Below are positions 17,842-25,734 of a DNA stretch of 43,051 nt, piece by piece. The notes under the pieces were generated by a model. That model searched no databases. It was given only the letters and a program-made list of their open reading frames with translations, and was not told the origin of the DNA. The position numbers and the translations under genes are program-made. Position 1 is the stretch's first letter. The number at the start of each line of letters is the position of its first letter. This stretch comes from a virus (lineage: Duplodnaviria; Caudoviricetes), in IMG/VR virus record IMGVR_UViG_3300036833_000040, positions 1 to 43,051 of that record; one strand, given 5' to 3'.

Positions 17842-18591
17842 TTAATCACCGTGGAATGCATCGACCTGTTCTTCGGCCGACTTGGACGAACTGTGGTTGT
17901 ACTTGAATCCACAGTTCGGGCATTTGTAGCTCCAGCTTCCAGCACCCAAGTATGCGCTATCCGGAAGTGATCTCCCGCAGTTGTCACAAGTACGGCCTGC
18001 GGACAAAAGATCCTTGGCCTTGCGGTCTGCGGCTGCGGCTTTGGCCGTCTCCGGCGAATTGAAGGGGCCGAGCCGTCTGCCGTTCTTCATAATGAACCAG
18101 ACCCGATTCGGGCCTTCACTCTCGTTGCTAGGGAATGGCTCCTGAGCGTCCTTGGCCTTACGACGGTTGTCTTGGGTCATCTCCTGAAGCGTGTTTTTAT
18201 AAGCTCTGGCGAACGCTTGCCGAAGATTCTCCTCATTGGGATAACGCCTCGCGGCTAACTCCACTCCAGACGCTTCTGATCCACGCCGCTGCTTCCTCGC
18301 CTCGGCTGCGCCCTCCTCGGAGGCTTTGAACTCTTGTTGATGCCACGAACCTGCGTCCTTAGCCTTGCGGTCTCTTGCGCGGTCTCCCTCCCAACCTACG
18401 TCCACTCCAGCCCTTTTGGCCGCTTCCGCAGCAGCTGCGGCGGTGGGATAAGGACCATATCGTCCCGGATCGGGTGGCTTACTGTAGTACCACTTTCCGT
18501 TAAACGAACGAAGGATTCCACCTACGTCGTCCTTGGCCTTACGCTTGTCGCGGGCTGCTGCTCGGTGGAGGTGAAGATGAATCGTAGACAT
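17842..18591 (-). CDS. modular protein with four RKAKD-delimited domains; putative capsid-internal polyprotein
   Basis: GAGG RBS; N-terminal IHLHLH; RKAKD at 18529-18543, 18355-18369, 18148-18162, 18010-18024; last module is a CxxC..CxxC Zn ribbon. Confidence 0.8.
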   Translation of the reverse strand: MSTIHLHLHRAAARDKRKAKDDVGGILRSFNGKWYYSKPPDPGRYGPYPTAAAAAEAAKRAGVDVGWEGDRARDRKAKDAGSWHQQEFKASEEGAAEARKQRRGSEASGVELAARRYPNEENLRQAFARAYKNTLQEMTQDNRRKAKDAQEPFPSNESEGPNRVWFIMKNGRRLGPFNSPETAKAAAADRKAKDLLSAGRTCDNCGRSLPDSAYLGAGSWSYKCPNCGFKYNHSSSKSAEEQVDAFHGD

Positions 18592-18603
18592 TATCGTGAC
18601 CTC

Positions 18604-18774
18604 TCAAGTCAGAATAGCGTGATGGCCCGCAGCGAACAGCATCCAGACGACATAGACCAGCGTGGCAGCGAAGACGAGCACCTTGGCAACCAGCAGAACG
18701 TAGTCCTTCAGTGTCAGTTCGAGCAGAGGGACGAGGATGAAGCTTACCAAGAGGATGATGACGATCAGCAGCAT
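18604..18774 (-). CDS. 56-aa two-TM membrane protein (absent from ORF track)
   Basis: MLLIVIILLVSFILVPLL...VWMLFAAGHHAILT; TAATG-coupled to upstream gene. Confidence 0.7.
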   Translation of the reverse strand: MLLIVIILLVSFILVPLLELTLKDYVLLVAKVLVFAATLVYVVWMLFAAGHHAILT

Positions 18775-19214
18775 TAGACGCCTCGATTCTCCCCGTCGCG
18801 CTCAAGACGGAACAGTTCCATCTCCAGTTGCTTGATGCGAATTATCTGGTTCTGAAGGATGCGGTTCAGCGCAGGCACAGCCGCAGGAATGGCCGCATCG
18901 ATCTCGGCCTGCGTAATCTTCTGCTCCTCCTGCCAGTCGGCCAGCGATTGCCGGATACGGTCGATGCCGGGCGTCTGGTCTCTGACTGCCTCGTCCTGCG
19001 CCGCGTCTCCGCTGAGCGAGAAGAATTTCATTAGCTCGTTCAGCTTCTGCCGCACTTCGCCCGCGTCTAGGGTCTTCTTGGCAGCGTCCTTACACGTCCC
19101 CCCGCAATCGGCACAGTCGCACGTCTTGGCTCGCGGCGCGGCCTTCCGAAGAACAGGTCGGGCCGTGTCGATCGTCAGAACACGGCCACTGCGAAGATGG
19201 AGCTTGACGTTCAT
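18774..19214 (-). CDS. hypothetical protein, candidate processed head cargo
   Basis: N-terminal VKLHLR, CDCADC..TC cluster, KTLDA/VRDQ motifs, C-terminal helical hairpin. Confidence 0.7.
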   Translation of the reverse strand: MNVKLHLRSGRVLTIDTARPVLRKAAPRAKTCDCADCGGTCKDAAKKTLDAGEVRQKLNELMKFFSLSGDAAQDEAVRDQTPGIDRIRQSLADWQEEQKITQAEIDAAIPAAVPALNRILQNQIIRIKQLEMELFRLERDGENRGV

Positions 19215-19367
19215 CTACTCGTTCCCGGTCCGCTCCGGAGTATTGGGCTTGTCGGGGTGACTGGGATCGTCGTGCTTGGTGGGGTTAGCCGGATCGGTAT
19301 GCGGCTGGTTGGGCTGGCCCGGCTGATGTGGCTGGTTAGAGGGCGACTTTGGATCAGTGTTTTGCAT
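19215..19367 (-). CDS. 50-aa P/Q/N/H/D-rich disordered peptide (absent from ORF track)
   Basis: GAGG RBS; MQNTDPKSPSNQPHQPGQPNQPH...; stop abuts next ATG. Confidence 0.65.
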   Translation of the reverse strand: MQNTDPKSPSNQPHQPGQPNQPHTDPANPTKHDDPSHPDKPNTPERTGNE

Positions 19368-19407
19368 TGGAGTTGTTACCTCTTTTCGTTTTGAAGTTTA
19401 TAGGCTC

Positions 19408-19806
19408 TTATCGTAGCCAGTGCAGATCCTCGGTCACGGATTCGGCGCGGCGCAGCATATCGGCCTGCTGCGCCCCGGTGGGATGGCGGTGGACGCGATC
19501 TACGTTATAGAAATCCACCAGATTCTGCTCTCCTTTGGAGAGTCTTCGTCCACCGCGCTTCTTGACCAGAAGCTCCTTGGCGCGAGTCTCTACCTGCTGC
19601 TCGATGCTGATACCGGAGGCAACGTTGGCTGCGATGGCGTGATCGGCGCGGGTATCGCCCAGCTTCAGCCGTTCCTTGGTTTCGAGTGGTGTAACAGGCT
19701 TAACGGCTTCCGGCTCTGCCTTGGGCTGCGTGGACGGTGTAGCCGCCGCTTTAGAGTCAGGCGGCTCCTGCTGAGACTCGGTTCCGGTAGTGATATTCGG
19801 GTTCAT
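19408..19806 (-). CDS. hypothetical protein
   Basis: start MNPNITTG at 19806 with TACAAT 6 nt upstream. Confidence 0.65.
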   Translation of the reverse strand: MNPNITTGTESQQEPPDSKAAATPSTQPKAEPEAVKPVTPLETKERLKLGDTRADHAIAANVASGISIEQQVETRAKELLVKKRGGRRLSKGEQNLVDFYNVDRVHRHPTGAQQADMLRRAESVTEDLHWLR

Positions 19807-19835
19807 ACGGATATTGTACGAAGCTCCGCAAGCCC

Positions 19836-19997
19836 TCAGCGACGCTTCGGTTTCGGCTTCAGCTTCGCCTGCATACTCGCCGGAGCCACCGCTCGCCAGA
19901 TGACCGCGCCACCCGCAGCCATACCCGCAGGCTTCAACCCCTGAAGCGCGAGATTGGCCCCGTCTTGGACGGCGACGCCACCGCTGGCGAATCCCAT
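19836..19997 (-). CDS. 53-aa protein coupled to the fibre-like gene (absent from ORF track)
   Basis: MGFASGG...AAGGAVIWRA...KPKPKRR; ATG directly after upstream TAA. Confidence 0.6.
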   Translation of the reverse strand: MGFASGGVAVQDGANLALQGLKPAGMAAGGAVIWRAVAPASMQAKLKPKPKRR

Positions 19998-20444
19998 TTA
20001 CTCCACCCAAAAATAGATGTTGTTCGGGTTGGCCGTAGAGTCGGAGATCGCCGTCGCCTCGTCCGCTGACTGAATCACCTGCGTCCGCACGCTATCGACG
20101 TACCGCTTGTTCGCCGCCTGCGTTACTGTCGTTGGATCGGTACTGAAGTACGCCGTCGAGAACGACGGTGCCGTCGCACTGAGCGAAGCCGCCCAATCCG
20201 TACCCGATGAGACCGCAATCCCTGCGCCCGGATAAACAGGTTCGCTACCCCCACCTCCGGCGTTGCCGGCAGTGATCGTACCGTCGGGATTAAGCCACTT
20301 ATCCGGAGTCGGGCTGGCCTGCATGTAGCGTTGCGCCCACTCCGCACTTGCAGGAGCGACCGAGACCCCGGCACTGGTATGCATCGATCCATCCGGGGCC
20401 AGATGCTTGTCGACGAGAGGCGAAGCACTGTCGTAGGTGATCAT
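19998..20444 (-). CDS. short fibre-like structural protein
   Basis: AANKRYVD fibre motif and C-terminal NPNNIYFWVE; leaderless TACAAT promoter. Confidence 0.55.
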   Translation of the reverse strand: MITYDSASPLVDKHLAPDGSMHTSAGVSVAPASAEWAQRYMQASPTPDKWLNPDGTITAGNAGGGGSEPVYPGAGIAVSSGTDWAASLSATAPSFSTAYFSTDPTTVTQAANKRYVDSVRTQVIQSADEATAISDSTANPNNIYFWVE

Positions 20445-20478
20445 GGCTCTATTGTACGAAGCCTGCGCAAGAGGTCCC

Positions 20479-20652
20479 TTATGCGTTCTTTTCGATTGCC
20501 TTCAGGTACGGCACAATTTGTACGTCAACCACACCCTCGACTTTTCGCAGCGCGGCGGGTAATTCCTTTTCCACTTGATCGAGATTGTCGGGATTGACCG
20601 CGTTGACGATAACGACCCAAGCGCGGATCGCCACATGCTCATGGTTGCTCAT
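20479..20652 (-). CDS. hypothetical protein (57 aa)
   Basis: start MSNHEH at 20652 with GGAG RBS. Confidence 0.55.
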   Translation of the reverse strand: MSNHEHVAIRAWVVIVNAVNPDNLDQVEKELPAALRKVEGVVDVQIVPYLKAIEKNA

Positions 20653-20833
20653 TTTCGCTCCTGACTTCTGCCAGCATCTTTTCGGCTCTGGCGAGAGCCA
20701 GATGCCAGTGCTGAAGAGCACGCTTTCTGCGCGACTCCTCGACCAGCCGCAAGTCCGCAGCCTGCGACTCCGGCCACTCGGCCGTACCCGCCACCAGCCA
20801 GCGCTGCCCGTCCGCAATTACGATCTTCGTCAT
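20639..20833 (-). CDS. hypothetical protein
   Basis: TAATG-coupled small ORF. Confidence 0.55.
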   Translation of the reverse strand: MTKIVIADGQRWLVAGTAEWPESQAADLRLVEESRRKRALQHWHLALARAEKMLAEVRSENEQP

Positions 20834-21036
20834 TAGTGCTCCGCTAACAACCTGCTATATAGTACCCTGACGACCAGTTCCCTGCCCTCTTCTTCCCAGA
20901 ACGCCAACTCGACCCGATCATTTTTCACGATCATCTCCGCGAGTATCACCTTGAACTCTTCGCCGTCGGTGAACTCTCGCACCTCGTCTCCCTCATCGAT
21001 CAGCCGGAACCGCCTGTAGTCCTCGCTCATAGCCAT
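20833..21036 (-). CDS. hypothetical protein
   Basis: acidic 67-aa ORF with GAGG RBS. Confidence 0.55.
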   Translation of the reverse strand: MAMSEDYRRFRLIDEGDEVREFTDGEEFKVILAEMIVKNDRVELAFWEEEGRELVVRVLYSRLLAEH

Positions 21037-21084
21037 CGCGCAGCCTCGCTCTCTCCCGCTTGCCAGCAGGATTAAACTTGTCCT

Positions 21085-21363
21085 ATGTGGCAGCGTATAC
21101 GCAACTGGCTCGCACAGTTCAACGTCAGCGCCAAGTCACTCGCCTGTCTCTGGGCGGCGGCTACCTTCCTCTACGCCGATAACCATCGATTCCATGATGC
21201 CGTCTCTCGACTCTTCAGTTACTTCCCCCACTTCGTGCAGGAGTTCGTCGTTGGCATCCTTGTACCTATCGCCCTTCTGCTCGGCCAATGGCATAAAAAG
21301 AAAGCGGAGACCACAGATGATGAAGTACAGCGAAACCGGACTAGCGAAGACGAAGGACTTTGA
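21085..21363 (+). CDS. putative holin
   Basis: two hydrophobic segments, charged tail, overlaps endolysin start; TAAACT 6 nt upstream. Confidence 0.65.
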   Translation: MWQRIRNWLAQFNVSAKSLACLWAAATFLYADNHRFHDAVSRLFSYFPHFVQEFVVGILVPIALLLGQWHKKKAETTDDEVQRNRTSEDEGL

Positions 21364-21757
21364 GGGGCTGCGGCTCTCGGCCTATCAGGACAGCGGCGGG
21401 GTGTGGACTATCGGCTACGGCCATACCGGCAAGGATGTAAAGAAGGGATCCACGATCACGGAGCAGGACGCCGACGATCTGTTGAAGAAGGATGTTCAGT
21501 GGGCTGTCGACTGCGTCAACCGCAACGTACAGGCCGAACTGAATCAAAACCAGTTCGATGCTCTGGTGGACTTCGTCTTCAATATCGGCTGCGGAGCTTT
21601 TGATCGCTCGACGCTGCTGAAGAAGATCCACGATGGAGACTTCGAGGGGGCTGCTGAAGAGTTCCTGCGCTGGAAGTTCGTTAAGGGTGTCGCCGTCCCC
21701 GGCCTTTTGCGGCGCCGCGAGGCCGATCGGAAACTGTTCCTGACTCCGGCTCAATAG
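21317..21757 (+). CDS. endolysin, GH24 lysozyme
   Basis: FEGLRLSAYQDSGGVWTIGYGHT, QNQFDALVDFVFNIG, GLLRRREA; start ATG 21317 or 21320. Confidence 0.95.
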   Translation: MMKYSETGLAKTKDFEGLRLSAYQDSGGVWTIGYGHTGKDVKKGSTITEQDADDLLKKDVQWAVDCVNRNVQAELNQNQFDALVDFVFNIGCGAFDRSTLLKKIHDGDFEGAAEEFLRWKFVKGVAVPGLLRRREADRKLFLTPAQ

Positions 21758-21998
21758 CGGCATTGCTGAAGCCAATAACGCCGTAGCCGTCCACCGTGAC
21801 TACATAGACCTTTTCCCACCCGATACGGCTGTCGCCACTCGTACTGTAGAGCCGCGCCGCTACGTCCTTAGCGGTCACATCCAAATTGTAGGGATGGAGC
21901 AGGTAGCGAATGTGGGCCACCAAAGCCTGCTTGTCTTGGAACTCAACCAGCGTGGCCATCGACTCGGCCAGATTGCTCCTGTGCTCTCTGAACTTCAT
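21681..21998 (-). CDS. hypothetical protein
   Basis: KFREHR..LAESMAT...D.RIGW; GGAG RBS. Confidence 0.6.
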   Translation of the reverse strand: MKFREHRSNLAESMATLVEFQDKQALVAHIRYLLHPYNLDVTAKDVAARLYSTSGDSRIGWEKVYVVTVDGYGVIGFSNAAIEPESGTVSDRPRGAAKGRGRRHP

Positions 21999-22117
21999 AC
22001 TCCCCCACTCTAAAACGTGCCGAGTGTTAATCTTCCGGCTACATCGCCAAAAAAATTAACCTTAACAGGCGTATTCAGTTTAGCTTGGAGCAGATTCGTT
22101 AAAGACAAAAGGCTGAG

Positions 22118-22909
22118 TTGGTAGCTCAGCCTCTTGACAACTCGATAGCATCCCTTCCCAAAGGAAACGCCGATATGCAGAAGCTTATCGCAGCGAACGC
22201 CCCGCTGCAACAAAAATCCGAAGAAAAGATCAATCGGAAAACATTACTAACTGGATACCCCCGCCGCCGCCGATGCAGGCTCACCAAGCCCTTCGTTGCT
22301 GTCCCTGTCGGATATCTCAATACAATCCCGAAGCGATTTCGCAGCTGCCTGCATACCCTGATCGAAAAGGCCGCAGGCGGCGACTACTGCGAGATCACCC
22401 ACGCAGATCTGGCCGAGGCGCTAGGCTGTAAATGGGATACCGCCCGCAAGCTGATCTATGGGCTGAAGAAGATTGGCGAGATCGTCTACAAGCCGCGCAA
22501 GGTTTCACGGACTACAAATCTCGCGAACCGCTATACGTTCCCGCGTTTAACTGGCTTCCGAGAGCCTGTTGCCGAGGCCAAAATTGACCACCTAATACCT
22601 GTAGAAGTTTTAAAAACAACTACACCGCAAAGCCTTCCTGTGAAGACGAAGACAAAACCCGCCTACAGCCGCATTGCTGAGAATCACAATCCAAAGCTCC
22701 GCGAGGAGTACGAGCGCAGGGGGTTAGAGTGGGCGCGACAGCGTAATCTACGAGCCGTCAATCGAGGCCGGGACCACGGCTCCGAAAGACGCTTTCAGCC
22801 CGGCGTTCAGAAAGCGACACCCGGCCACAGCTTTGAGCCTGATATCGAGGGATTCTGTAAGGGCTGCGGATTCCACCGCGAACACGAGAGCCACAAAGGA
22901 GAGCGATGA
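22118..22909 (+). CDS. winged HTH protein, possible replication initiator
   Basis: ITHADLAEALGCKWDTARKLIYGLKKIGEI...NRYTF; start may be ATG 22175. Confidence 0.55.
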   Translation: MVAQPLDNSIASLPKGNADMQKLIAANAPLQQKSEEKINRKTLLTGYPRRRRCRLTKPFVAVPVGYLNTIPKRFRSCLHTLIEKAAGGDYCEITHADLAEALGCKWDTARKLIYGLKKIGEIVYKPRKVSRTTNLANRYTFPRLTGFREPVAEAKIDHLIPVEVLKTTTPQSLPVKTKTKPAYSRIAENHNPKLREEYERRGLEWARQRNLRAVNRGRDHGSERRFQPGVQKATPGHSFEPDIEGFCKGCGFHREHESHKGER

Positions 22910-22915
22910 AAGCCT

Positions 22916-23497
22916 TCACTCGGCCTGCTCTCTCACCCAAGCCTCGATGGACGCAGGCGTCTCGTACTCTCCGGTCTGCATGTAACGGCGAAGTGCCTCA
23001 AGGCGGTCTGAGTGTGGCCACCGGATCGTGTAGTCCTCGCCCTGCCACTGCTGCTGAAACACCGGGTAATTGCGGTTCTCGTCGTTCAGCACGTGAGCAT
23101 CGCCGTTCCACGTCGCATCGTCTCCACGCTCAACCGAGAACTCGACGCCGAGATAGCTCAGACCCGTATTACACCACGTCGCATCGACCAGATCGTTCGT
23201 CGCCGTAGCATTCCATCCATGCAGGATTACCTGACCGTCCGGAGCCAGCGCGACACCCTCGATGTACCTAAGCTTGTACTTCGCAGCCAGATTGATCGCA
23301 TTGCCGTAGCACTGCTTCTGCGCTCCCTGCGTATAGGCGAAGCTCCACGGCGTCGGCCTGTAGTCAACACCATGCTGAGCCAAGAAGTCGTAGGGTGAGG
23401 TATAGACGAGGCCGGGGAGAAGGAGATACTTCGCCGCAAGGTCTCGCAGCGCGTCGCGCACCTGTTGTAGGTTGAATTGATAATCCTCTTCTCTCAA
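22916..23497 (-). CDS. transglutaminase/papain-like fold protein
   Basis: QCYGNA, HGWN, VDATW give a Cys-His-Asp arrangement. Confidence 0.55.
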   Translation of the reverse strand: MREEDYQFNLQQVRDALRDLAAKYLLLPGLVYTSPYDFLAQHGVDYRPTPWSFAYTQGAQKQCYGNAINLAAKYKLRYIEGVALAPDGQVILHGWNATATNDLVDATWCNTGLSYLGVEFSVERGDDATWNGDAHVLNDENRNYPVFQQQWQGEDYTIRWPHSDRLEALRRYMQTGEYETPASIEAWVREQAE

Positions 23498-23784
23498 ATC
23501 GCTCCCACCTCGCGGCTCTTGGCCGTAAAAGCTTCATCAGTTGGTTCCTCGATCAGGCCGAAGGCAGTAAGGATCTTCAACTGAATATCCCGCGCCCCGC
23601 GACAGAGATGCGTCTCCGGCTTACCGCTCAGCGCCGGATGATGACAGATCTGCGAGTGCTCCAGTTTGGCGATGCGGTTCAGGACGCCCGCCTGAATCTG
23701 TGGATCTCCGTTAGCTCCGAACGGGCACGTAGCACAGTGCGACTTCATCACCGGCCAGTTCTTGACGTTACGCTTTCTCGGCAC
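23494..23784 (-). CDS. Cys/His-rich hypothetical protein
   Basis: CATCPF, ICH, HLCRGA. Confidence 0.65.
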   Translation of the reverse strand: MPRKRNVKNWPVMKSHCATCPFGANGDPQIQAGVLNRIAKLEHSQICHHPALSGKPETHLCRGARDIQLKILTAFGLIEEPTDEAFTAKSREVGAI

Positions 23785-23947
23785 CGGACTCCTTCACCAT
23801 CTTGCGATAGTTAGCAATCACCTGCTCCAGATTCTTTCTTGCCGCAATCAGCTCCCTCGTCTTACGGCGAAGCCGGATGATGCAGAAGATATTGAAGACG
23901 ATGCAGAGAAGATTCGCGGCGGTGACGACAACTTCAATAGTCTTCAT
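23768..23947 (-). CDS. 59-aa single-TM protein (absent from ORF track)
   Basis: MKTIEVVVTAANLLCIVFNIFCIIRLRRK...; ATGA-coupled. Confidence 0.55.
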   Translation of the reverse strand: MKTIEVVVTAANLLCIVFNIFCIIRLRRKTRELIAARKNLEQVIANYRKMVKESGAEKA

Positions 23948-24132
23948 GCGGTGGCCTTCGATACGAAGAGGAAGGTCTGTCCCGCCAGCTTCAGAACGTA
24001 GTACCGTAGCCCGTTCTCGACCTCGTTACGAGTGACCTCGGCTCCGGCGTCCAGCAGAATTTTCTTCGCCTTCTCCGCTCGAAGACTCTTGCCCGGATTA
24101 CGACCTCCCTTGAATGACTCCATTGTTGTCAT
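23944..24132 (-). CDS. hypothetical protein
   Basis: ATGA-coupled small ORF. Confidence 0.55.
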   Translation of the reverse strand: MTTMESFKGGRNPGKSLRAEKAKKILLDAGAEVTRNEVENGLRYYVLKLAGQTFLFVSKATA

Positions 24133-24578
24133 GCCGCGATCCCCGCAAGCTGCTCGGCCAGCCCTTCACACTCGGCTGCGACCTCAGCCTCGGTCCAGTA
24201 GTGACCCTCAGTCAGCAGTCCGCTCTGCTTATAAATTTCCCAGACGCCACGGCTGTAAGCAGTCGCCTTTGCTGGATCAAAGTCCGGATCAAAGCGGGCA
24301 TCCCAACAGTGCGAACAGTCGAAGCCGAACCACCAGCCCTGACCATCTTCATGCTCCGTACAAGGCTCGATCTCGGAGAAGTTCACGCCACCGTGAGCCG
24401 ATAGCTCACCGACGGCATTGTCGTAACCGAACTCTACACCGTGTAGCGGATGGCTCGGTGGAACACGCACATAGCCGCAGCGATGGCACCCCGGCGCGGT
24501 CAGTGTTACCGCACAGTGCAAGCCGAACGCAGTCCACTCACGCTCGACGATGACGTCTTCACCCTTGGGTAGACACAT
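24129..24578 (-). CDS. conserved phage hypothetical protein
   Basis: HRCGYV.VP..HP, HGG..F, WWFGFDCSH motifs. Confidence 0.75.
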   Translation of the reverse strand: MCLPKGEDVIVEREWTAFGLHCAVTLTAPGCHRCGYVRVPPSHPLHGVEFGYDNAVGELSAHGGVNFSEIEPCTEHEDGQGWWFGFDCSHCWDARFDPDFDPAKATAYSRGVWEIYKQSGLLTEGHYWTEAEVAAECEGLAEQLAGIAA

Positions 24579-24708
24579 TTGATCTCTCCTCCCGTCCCTT
24601 GCTTCCCAGAATATCGCGGACAGCCTCGAACGCCTGCGCGAGGCGTTCGTAATAGGCTGAATTTCGCTTCACCGTTACCTCACCCATCACGAACAGCATC
24701 TTCATCAT
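24559..24708 (-). CDS. hypothetical protein (49 aa)
   Basis: start MMKMLF at 24708 with GGAG RBS, ATGA overlap. Confidence 0.5.
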   Translation of the reverse strand: MMKMLFVMGEVTVKRNSAYYERLAQAFEAVRDILGSKGREERSNVSTQG

Positions 24709-24821
24709 GTGATCGCGCTCCCTCTGTGCTTCGCTATATGGGCGCTCATCCAGCGCCAGCGGTTCCACTGCGGTACGAACTTCGGCGGCCTGATCTCGCA
24801 ATGCGGGCAGACGCAAGCCAA
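24705..24821 (-). CDS. 38-aa single C2H2-like peptide
   Basis: TTG start; CPHC...HIAKH; stop coupled to next ATG. Confidence 0.45.
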   Translation of the reverse strand: MACVCPHCEIRPPKFVPQWNRWRWMSAHIAKHRGSAIT

Positions 24822-24831
24822 ACCGATATGC

Positions 24832-25458
24832 CTACCGTACTTGCGAGTGGTAAATAAGCTCTGCGAGCCGGGCGGCAAACAGCCTTGGAGGTAGGTCAAA
24901 TTCGACCGCCATGCTTTGGCATAGTCCTTGGAATCGACCGAGGGCAAGGGCAAGGGTGGCGTCGGAGATGGCGTAACCATTTGCAGCAGCGTGGGTCTTT
25001 TCGGCTCTGACTTCGATGGTGCTGACGGCTGCGGTTTTCTCTTGGCGTTCAATAGTGCTCCCTTCTTTATGTGCTGCTCTGATGTGGATCTTCAAGCCAC
25101 CCGTCCACTGGGCCACAAAGTCGCAGTGTGGGCAGGGATACTCACCGCCGTATATCTTCGCTCGCGCCTCGCGGACACTGGCCGCGATCTCACGCTTCTT
25201 CGGCTGCGGCTTCTCGCTGTGGTAGGTATTGACGTGCAGGTTGAGACCCTGAAGATTCAACGCCTCAAAGCCGCAGTGGCGGCACTGATTCGGTGCCGGG
25301 TTCTCGGTAGGCTGAGGATTTTCCAGCATCCGCTTGACGATAGCCGATCTCGATTGCCCCCCAACGTTATGCACGTTACGCCGATGCAGCCCTAGTGATT
25401 GAGCCGTCTCGAATCGCTTACTACAATCGGAACACTTGAACTTGTTCACTGTCGCCAT
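24832..25458 (-). CDS. protein with three C2H2 zinc fingers
   Basis: FKCSDCSKRF....SLGLHRRNVH, CRHC...GLNLHVNTYH, YPCPHC...GLKIHIRAAH. Confidence 0.8.
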   Translation of the reverse strand: MATVNKFKCSDCSKRFETAQSLGLHRRNVHNVGGQSRSAIVKRMLENPQPTENPAPNQCRHCGFEALNLQGLNLHVNTYHSEKPQPKKREIAASVREARAKIYGGEYPCPHCDFVAQWTGGLKIHIRAAHKEGSTIERQEKTAAVSTIEVRAEKTHAAANGYAISDATLALALGRFQGLCQSMAVEFDLPPRLFAARLAELIYHSQVR

Positions 25459-25673
25459 CAGTGAGCCTCATCCTCGGGATGCTCAAGAGCGAAGAGACGC
25501 CGTTCGTGGTCGCTGCCTATAGCCATTGCGAAGCGGCCCATGGCGCGAACCATCTTTTCGGTCTTTGCCTGACTCTCGGCCAGCTTCTTCATTGCCTCGT
25601 CAAACTTTCCCATTTCCAACTGGTGCAGCTCTGCCGTGTGGGTAAGGGCTTCGAGCCGTTCGTCAATCGTCAT
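25458..25673 (-). CDS. short coiled-coil protein (MTIDER type)
   Basis: MTIDERLEALT...HERRLFALE; AGGAG RBS. Confidence 0.75.
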   Translation of the reverse strand: MTIDERLEALTHTAELHQLEMGKFDEAMKKLAESQAKTEKMVRAMGRFAMAIGSDHERRLFALEHPEDEAH

Positions 25674-25734
25674 TCTTTTCTCTCCTGATTCGTTGCGTAG
25701 AATACTAACACTTTATATATATTTGCACAGACTT

